IMG/VR virus record: IMGVR_UViG_3300031951_000001
Coordinates: 1 to 64,000 of that record
DNA: 64,000 bases
Strand: one strand, 5' to 3'
Shown: piece by piece, positions 58,189 through 64,000 of the stretch
Layout of the letters: every line of letters begins with the position of its first letter
How positions within the stretch are numbered: position 1 is the stretch's first letter
Program-made: the position numbers and the translations under genes
The notes under the pieces: model-generated
The model's database searches: none
What the model was told of the DNA's origin: nothing
Seen by the model: only the letters and a program-made list of their open reading frames with translations

Positions 58189-59805
58189 ATGAAAGATATT
58201 AACGACCTTCACCAAGAACTTGATGATTTGACTTACCTTAACGCAAAGATGAGAGATGAGGGATTTGATTATTGTTTCCGTCATTATTCATCATTTGAAG
58301 AAATTAAGGATGAGAAGTTTCACGAACTCAGGTTGAAGTACATTCAAATTGCCGAGGAACTTGAGAACTATGTGAACACTCAATATGAATTGAAACAAGA
58401 CGAAATTGATAACTACGAAGAAAAAGATGAAAATTAATATGAATATAACTCGGCATTTTTTTTATGTCTTGTTAACGGTTTTTATTTTATCTGGTTGTGG
58501 AGAATCAGTCAATGAAAAAAACTTTGATATAAGTATGCAGAAAATAAATGGTGAATGGATACGCGAATCACATTCATTACCTGAAGACGCAGATTTTTTC
58601 ATTGACACTTTCAATGGCAGTTATTCATTACGATATATTAGAGGTGAAGGTAATTGTTTTTCCAAAAGAGAGAAACTTGTGAGAAACGGGATTATTGATT
58701 ATAGGATTAATAACTAATAATTACGAATATGAAAATAACATTTGGCGACCTCAAAACAGGGGACAGAATTAAGACAAGATACTCAGGTATGGCAACGGTA
58801 GTTGAAACTGGTTGTTATAAAGGAACAATGGTTAAACTGAAATGTGATACCCCAAAGTGGTGCTGTCCTTATTTTTATGAACACGAATTAGAATTAATAT
58901 GAATAATACAGAAATAACACCGGTACCTGAAATCACCGCCGACACCACAAGAGTATGTGAAATCAGATTTGATTGTTTGGTTACAATGCATGATGTGGGA
59001 TATAGAAAATATGAAGGGATGTGGGGTCAGGAGAAACAATCAAAGACACCACAATGGTTCAGAGCGAATCATAAAATAACACTTGAAAGCGTTAAACACG
59101 CTGACCCATATGAACTTGGGATGAGAATAAAACAAATGTTTCACGAATTAGAAAATACAATTAAAAAATATGAAAACGGAACAACCTATCAAAGTCATGA
59201 ATAAAGAACAACAACAGATTATTGATGAGGTGTATGAGAGATATTGGAGTAGTATTGAAACTTCAGAATATGATGGGATTGGTCCTACATCAATTAAGTT
59301 ACCAACACTAATGAAAGAAGAGTTCATCAACAAATGTAAAACAGACCCAGAGTTCTCTGAAAAGTGGGGGTTGAAGATTTATACCAAAGTAGATGGTGAT
59401 AAGGTTTGGATGGGAATGGTTTATAATGATAATGCTGTTGAAATTAGATTAAAATAGAAAGTTATGAATGAAATACGTAGGCTAATTAAAAAAATTGAAT
59501 ACACACATTATATAGAGTATAAGGGAAAACAATATACTAGAAAAGAAGTTATTATACCAAAGGCTTTTTCTTGGGAAGGTACACCTGATAAACTTGAGGA
59601 TATACATACTATTTCGTGGCAAGATTATGATTATGAGGTTTATCAAAATAATGGAAATATTCATTATTTTAGTTGTGACCACGGATGGGCTAAAAATGGC
59701 GTGATGGATAAATCAAATCCTGTGCCTAAAATAGAAAAATGTTTCAAAAAAACTATTGGTAAAGATTTAATATATTTCAACGAAACAATAGAAAGTTATG
59801 AGTAA
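58189..59805 (+). CDS. Run of hypothetical proteins (58189..58437, lipoprotein 58427..58717, 58899..59204, 59170..59457, 59464..59805)
   Basis: Coupled ORFs; lipobox LSG|C in the second. Confidence 0.6.
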
Positions 59806-61102
59806 AATACAAGTAACACAACCAACATTTCTAATCAATTTAGATAATCCGACAGAAGTTAGTTATGTGCCAATGGAAGGTAATTGGAAATCAATTATAG
59901 TTGAAACATATCAACATGGGTTTCCTGAAATACAAGATGATGAAATTCTTTATGTCTATAAAGAAAATAGAGGTTATATTAAAAAACAAGTTATGACTAA
60001 TACATTAGACAAACAATACCAAGACCTACTCCAAACAATTTTGGATTTTGGTTGTACGAAGAGTGACAGGACTGGAACTGGAACCAAATCAATTTTTGGT
60101 TACACCATCCGTCATAATATGAAAAACGGATTCCCACTTCTTACAACAAAGAAGATGGCGTTTAAAACAATGGTAACCGAGTTGTTATGGTTCTTGAGAG
60201 GTGATACTAACATCAAATACCTTGTTGACAATAATTGTCATATCTGGGACGGAGACGCTTTCAAAAACTACATCAGTAAAACTAATGAATTCAAAGGTGA
60301 TTGGCCGGACACAATGGAAGAATTCATCAACAAAATAAAAACGGATGATGGGTTTGCTAAAAAATATGGGGAATTGGGTTCCATCTATGGGAAACAATGG
60401 AGAAGATGGACTAAAAAGAAAATGTATCTATCAACAGATGGTTCATATGAAAACATTTATGATGAGGCAGACCAAACAGTTATAGACCAAATAGCAATCC
60501 TCATTAACGAACTCAAAACAAACCCAGACTCAAGACGACTAATGGTTTCAGCTTGGAATGTAGGTGAATTAGACCAAATGGTTCTTCCACCTTGTCATTA
60601 TGGATTTCAAGTTTATACAAGAGAGTTGAGTTATGATGAAAAAAGAAACATTTATAATTCAGACCCAATGAGTTATGGAGGTACAGCGTCTCCATTACCA
60701 CCAAATTCTGAAGAAATTAAATTTGACCCCCATCACGCAGAGAAAGATTGGGACAATAATTACGCAAGTAAAAAGATTCCAACCAGAGCAATCTCATTAA
60801 TGTGGAATCAACGTTCCGTCGACACATTATTGGGGCTCCCATTCAATATAGCATCATACGGATTACTATTAACAATAATTGCCAAAGAAGTTAATATGGT
60901 ACCTGATGAATTGATTGGAAATTTGGGTGATACCCATTTATACCTCAACCATATTGAACAAGCAAAAGAACAGATTGGTAGAGAACCATTTGAATTACCA
61001 AATTTAGTAATAGAACATAGTAGTTTAGAGCCGGTTGAATTGGTTTATAAGTTAGAAAACTATCAATCACATCCAGCAATTAAGGCACCACTATCCAACT
61101 AA
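59798..61102 (+). CDS. thyA: Thymidylate synthase with N-terminal extension and insertions
   Basis: DRTGTGT, FPLLTTKK, ELLWFLRG, LPPCH, QRSVD and PFNIASY; core could start at ATG 59993. Confidence 0.95.
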   Translation: MSKIQVTQPTFLINLDNPTEVSYVPMEGNWKSIIVETYQHGFPEIQDDEILYVYKENRGYIKKQVMTNTLDKQYQDLLQTILDFGCTKSDRTGTGTKSIFGYTIRHNMKNGFPLLTTKKMAFKTMVTELLWFLRGDTNIKYLVDNNCHIWDGDAFKNYISKTNEFKGDWPDTMEEFINKIKTDDGFAKKYGELGSIYGKQWRRWTKKKMYLSTDGSYENIYDEADQTVIDQIAILINELKTNPDSRRLMVSAWNVGELDQMVLPPCHYGFQVYTRELSYDEKRNIYNSDPMSYGGTASPLPPNSEEIKFDPHHAEKDWDNNYASKKIPTRAISLMWNQRSVDTLLGLPFNIASYGLLLTIIAKEVNMVPDELIGNLGDTHLYLNHIEQAKEQIGREPFELPNLVIEHSSLEPVELVYKLENYQSHPAIKAPLSN

Positions 61103-61641
61103 TGAATAAAATTATTATAATATTTTTTATATTATTGAGTTTGGTTTCACATTCTCAAAAATATATTGTCTCACAAAATAACACAAAATCTAATGAGTGG
61201 GTAATTGTTTGGGGTGGAAAACCAAGCACTAGTTATGGTGCGGAATACATGGTTGATAAGGCCTCATTGCACCTAAATTGTAATAATGTTATTTACGCCG
61301 ATTACCAATTATCAAGACAAAAGTGTGATGAAATTATAAAAAAGGTTTCACCAAATGGGGTTGTTACTGAAGTTTATGGATTTTCAAGGGGTGGATATAA
61401 CGCCTTTATGGAAATAGGAAAAGTTAAATATGTTTGGTTAATTGACCCCCTTATACCACAAAAATATGATACCCCATTTGGTATTACAAATGTCTTTATG
61501 ATTTACAATCCATCGGTATGGGATGGGGGTAATAGCTCAAGATTAAAAAACTTTTCAACCAAATTAAAACCTGTCAACTCGGTAAGGGTTGATATGTCTC
61601 ACCTTAAAATACCGAACTATTTTTTTAATACTTACCGATAA
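61102..61641 (+). CDS. Secreted protein, possibly alpha/beta-hydrolase-like
   Basis: Signal peptide SHS|Q; VYGFSRGG (GxSxG) and LIDP. Confidence 0.5.
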   Translation: MNKIIIIFFILLSLVSHSQKYIVSQNNTKSNEWVIVWGGKPSTSYGAEYMVDKASLHLNCNNVIYADYQLSRQKCDEIIKKVSPNGVVTEVYGFSRGGYNAFMEIGKVKYVWLIDPLIPQKYDTPFGITNVFMIYNPSVWDGGNSSRLKNFSTKLKPVNSVRVDMSHLKIPNYFFNTYR

Positions 61642-61644
61642 CAA

Positions 61645-62100
61645 ATGGAAGATGACCTGTGGTGTAATTATTCTGACCTACCAAGTGTAATGAGTTACGA
61701 ACAACCAAAAAAGAAATATCCCGACAATGTTGTATGGAGTGAAGAGCGTGGATATTATGCTCACCTACTACCATATGCGACAAACATCGGAGCTCCGGTC
61801 ATTAAACCCGACAATGTATCAACTTGGAAGAACGAGAAGATACTAAAGACAAACCATTACTTCAATAGAAAATACGAGGAGATAAAAGAACAATACCAAA
61901 AACTCATTGAGGAGTTTGAATGGAACAATATTGTTTATAACGCAACTTATAATTTTCAACCAATAATCGGTCAAAATTACTTTCTCTATCGTAGAAATAG
62001 TGGAGAATATTTCTTATCTTTAATAAAACCAACCGAATGGAAACAAGAATTCATTGGTGAGTTTGAACTTGATTCAGATAATAAATGGAAAAAAATATAA
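61645..62100 (+). CDS. DUF2452-like protein
   Basis: EEIKEQYQKL..VYNATYNFQPIIGQNYFLY..FLSLIKPTEW. Confidence 0.75.
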   Translation: MEDDLWCNYSDLPSVMSYEQPKKKYPDNVVWSEERGYYAHLLPYATNIGAPVIKPDNVSTWKNEKILKTNHYFNRKYEEIKEQYQKLIEEFEWNNIVYNATYNFQPIIGQNYFLYRRNSGEYFLSLIKPTEWKQEFIGEFELDSDNKWKKI

Positions 62101-62103
62101 ATT

Positions 62104-62857
62104 ATGGAAAATCTATTATTAAAATCAGAACCAGTGGACGCACCTTCTTTTACATTTAGTCTAGAAGAAAAGACAATCATTGTTATTGACTCAAAAGGAT
62201 TTAGTTATAAAGGAGAGTTAATTGAAGATGCCGGAGAAGTGTATAATTTATTTAAAAGTTTTTTGGAACAATCATTAAATAACTACTAAAAATAAAACCA
62301 ATGGCACGCTATAGAGTATTAGAAATCACAGATAAGTTAATTTATAACGGAAGACCATATTGGGTTATTGAAAAAAAAATACTAGGTCTATGGTGGACTC
62401 AGTATTTTGAAGAACATTCAGAGTGGGGAGCAACCTATTATGAAAAAGATAAGGCGATGACCTGGTATGAATATCACTGCGATAATGACTCAAGAATAAA
62501 AACCAAAGTAATTGCTCAAAACAAATGATGGAAGACCTCAAACATAGATGGGAACAAATTGACGAGGACGATTATGTTGCCAAATATCGTGATATGATGC
62601 TCCGAGTTGAAAAGATGGAGGAGCAACAATGGTGGTGGGCGGTTTATAGAGGAAAAGAAGAACTATGTCCCGAGAAACCATTTGCGAGAAAGAAAGATTA
62701 TGCGATGAAGATGGCAGAGGAATGTGCCGAGGAAAACATTGAACCATATGTTTCAGATGATTTTCAGATTGGACCGGATGGTGCGTTTGAATATACTGAC
62801 GATGAAATATCAGAGTGGGACGGAACATTAATGGACGGACTTGAAGAAGAGGAATAA
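62104..62857 (+). CDS. Three hypothetical proteins (62104..62289, 62301..62528, 62525..62857)
   Basis: Coupled ORFs. Confidence 0.6.
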
Positions 62858-63998
62858 GAATATTATTTGGTTAATAATTCTCACATTAAGTGGATTGGTG
62901 TCGCTCGCCCAATGTCCTAACGCAAATTTTGAATTTGGTACCTTTACTAACTGGACTGGTAAGAGAGGAACTTGTTGTCCGATTAATCTACCATTTGTAG
63001 GTATATTGGCAGGTAGACAAACAATTGTAAGTGCCGGACTTGACCCCCATTCTTGTGGGGGACTAAACAGAGTATATCAAGGTAATTTTTCGGCAAGATT
63101 GGGTAATGACCAAAACAATTCAAGAGCCGAAGGGTTGTATTATACATTTACCGTAAGCCCCGCAACAACGTTAGTTCAGTATGCTTATGCTGTTGTTTTA
63201 CAAGACCCTGGACATAATGACGGAGCTCAACCAAGATTCCAATCAAGGGTTAGATTATCTAATGGTAGTATTATACCTTGCACAGAATATGTTGTAACTG
63301 CGGGACCTAACCTTCCTGGTTATAATTATTGTATGGAAAATGATATTTTTGGAAATCCAGTACAGGTTGCTTATAGTGATTGGAGGGTTATTTCAATTGA
63401 TTTATCTTCTTATGTTGGACAAAGTGTTACACTTGAATTTGAGACAGGTGATTGTGATTTAGGTGCTCACTATGGTTACGCATATATTGACGCAATATCT
63501 TGTGGACCAATTGAGACAGAAATTTATTATTGTCAAGCAAGTGACTCTATTTTGATTGAGGGACCTGAAGGTTTTGCAACATATGAGTGGGTTGAAACTG
63601 GTGACACAACAAGGGTTATAACAATTCCCCCATTAGTTTATGATACGTTAAATTTAAATGTTACAACTGTTACTGGATGTGAATTAACTCTCCAAATTAT
63701 TTTGGACCCAATTCCACTTCTTGCAAATATTATTTGTGAGGATGTTTGTTTTCCTGATTCTAATAATTTTATTAATCTTACTCCTACCATAGAAGGATAT
63801 AATGTAAAATTTTTATGGGATTTTGACGACGGAAATATATCTGATGATATATCACCAACTCACCAGTACTTGTCACCAGGTGTTTATAATGTAACAATGA
63901 CCGCAAATGTATTAAATACAAACTGCACGGATATTGTAAATTGCGAGGTTGAGGTCTTCGATATTCCTGTAATTCCTGGAATTATTAGTCACGATTAG
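62841..63998 (+). CDS. Secreted Bacteroidota-type beta-sandwich protein with C-terminal PKD domain
   Basis: Signal peptide SLA|Q; NANFE.GTFTNW, SARLGN and YAVVLQDPGH; WDFDDG..SPTHQY..PGVYNVTMT PKD motif. Confidence 0.8.
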   Translation: MKKRNKNIIWLIILTLSGLVSLAQCPNANFEFGTFTNWTGKRGTCCPINLPFVGILAGRQTIVSAGLDPHSCGGLNRVYQGNFSARLGNDQNNSRAEGLYYTFTVSPATTLVQYAYAVVLQDPGHNDGAQPRFQSRVRLSNGSIIPCTEYVVTAGPNLPGYNYCMENDIFGNPVQVAYSDWRVISIDLSSYVGQSVTLEFETGDCDLGAHYGYAYIDAISCGPIETEIYYCQASDSILIEGPEGFATYEWVETGDTTRVITIPPLVYDTLNLNVTTVTGCELTLQIILDPIPLLANIICEDVCFPDSNNFINLTPTIEGYNVKFLWDFDDGNISDDISPTHQYLSPGVYNVTMTANVLNTNCTDIVNCEVEVFDIPVIPGIISHD

Positions 63999-64000
63999 TC

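Noticed and set aside
59798-61102. Intron or intein in thyA, or a base-modifying ThyA homologue
   Set aside because: The frame is continuous, inserts are short and lack intein ends or homing-nuclease motifs, and the specificity Asn is retained.
2841-62828. Many 60-135-aa ORFs antisense to or nested in longer genes (e.g. 3908..4315, 11269..11640, 30540..30860, 49375..49731)
   Set aside because: Shadow frames of well-supported genes, without promoter motifs or recognisable domains.
1-64000. Stop-codon reassignment, as in some large Bacteroidota phages
   Set aside because: Conserved enzymes (ThyA, Rnl1, MTases, nitroreductase) are full length in code 11, some genes end cleanly at TAG or TGA, and no suppressor tRNA was seen.
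1-64000. Bacterial chromosome or prophage origin of the window
   Set aside because: No housekeeping operons, integrase or att-like junction; dense small ORFans with phage-type genes throughout. The host-like genes are embedded singly among phage genes.

Overview
AT-rich segment of a large lytic tailed phage genome, probably a jumbo or huge phage, that infects a Bacteroidota host. Host evidence: TAnnTTTG sigma-type promoters, AT-rich 5' UTRs without Shine-Dalgarno sequences, signal peptides ending just before Gln, and a T9SS type-B C-terminal sorting domain. No structural, replication, integrase or cas genes lie in the window. It is accessory territory of about 110 mostly short ORFs. Recognisable genes: beta-class DNA methyltransferase, DUF3310, DHH phosphoesterase, DUF192, NUDIX, SmpB, ferritin-like DUF5856, a DUF6915/DUF6878 pair, a YkuD-like wall enzyme, DoxX, nitroreductase, a GIY-YIG/helicase plus methyltransferase module, CAP domain, pyrimidine-dimer glycosylase, DnaJ-type Zn finger, T4-like RNA ligase 1, glycosyltransferases, RmlD-like reductase, ThyA and DUF2452. 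An RNA cluster at 18.6-19.8 kb holds one normal tRNA-Glu(TTC), four tRNA-shaped elements with conserved ends and expanded non-canonical cores, and further structured segments. A divergent, largely non-coding 34.2-36.5 kb region has iterated boxes, palindromes and a long hairpin, and is an origin or terminus candidate. Most notable: (1) an in-frame array of 36-nt repeats and unrelated 30-nt spacers (CRISPR-like geometry) inside a gene whose N-terminal domain belongs to a paralogue family expanded elsewhere in the window; (2) the tRNA-like RNA family; (3) dozens of genes sharing a TATTTAT upstream motif and a short N-terminal leader ending in L/I-x-E, including a polyprotein punctuated by such sites, suggesting capsid-targeted cargo. 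All family assignments come from motif recognition by eye; no database searches were run.
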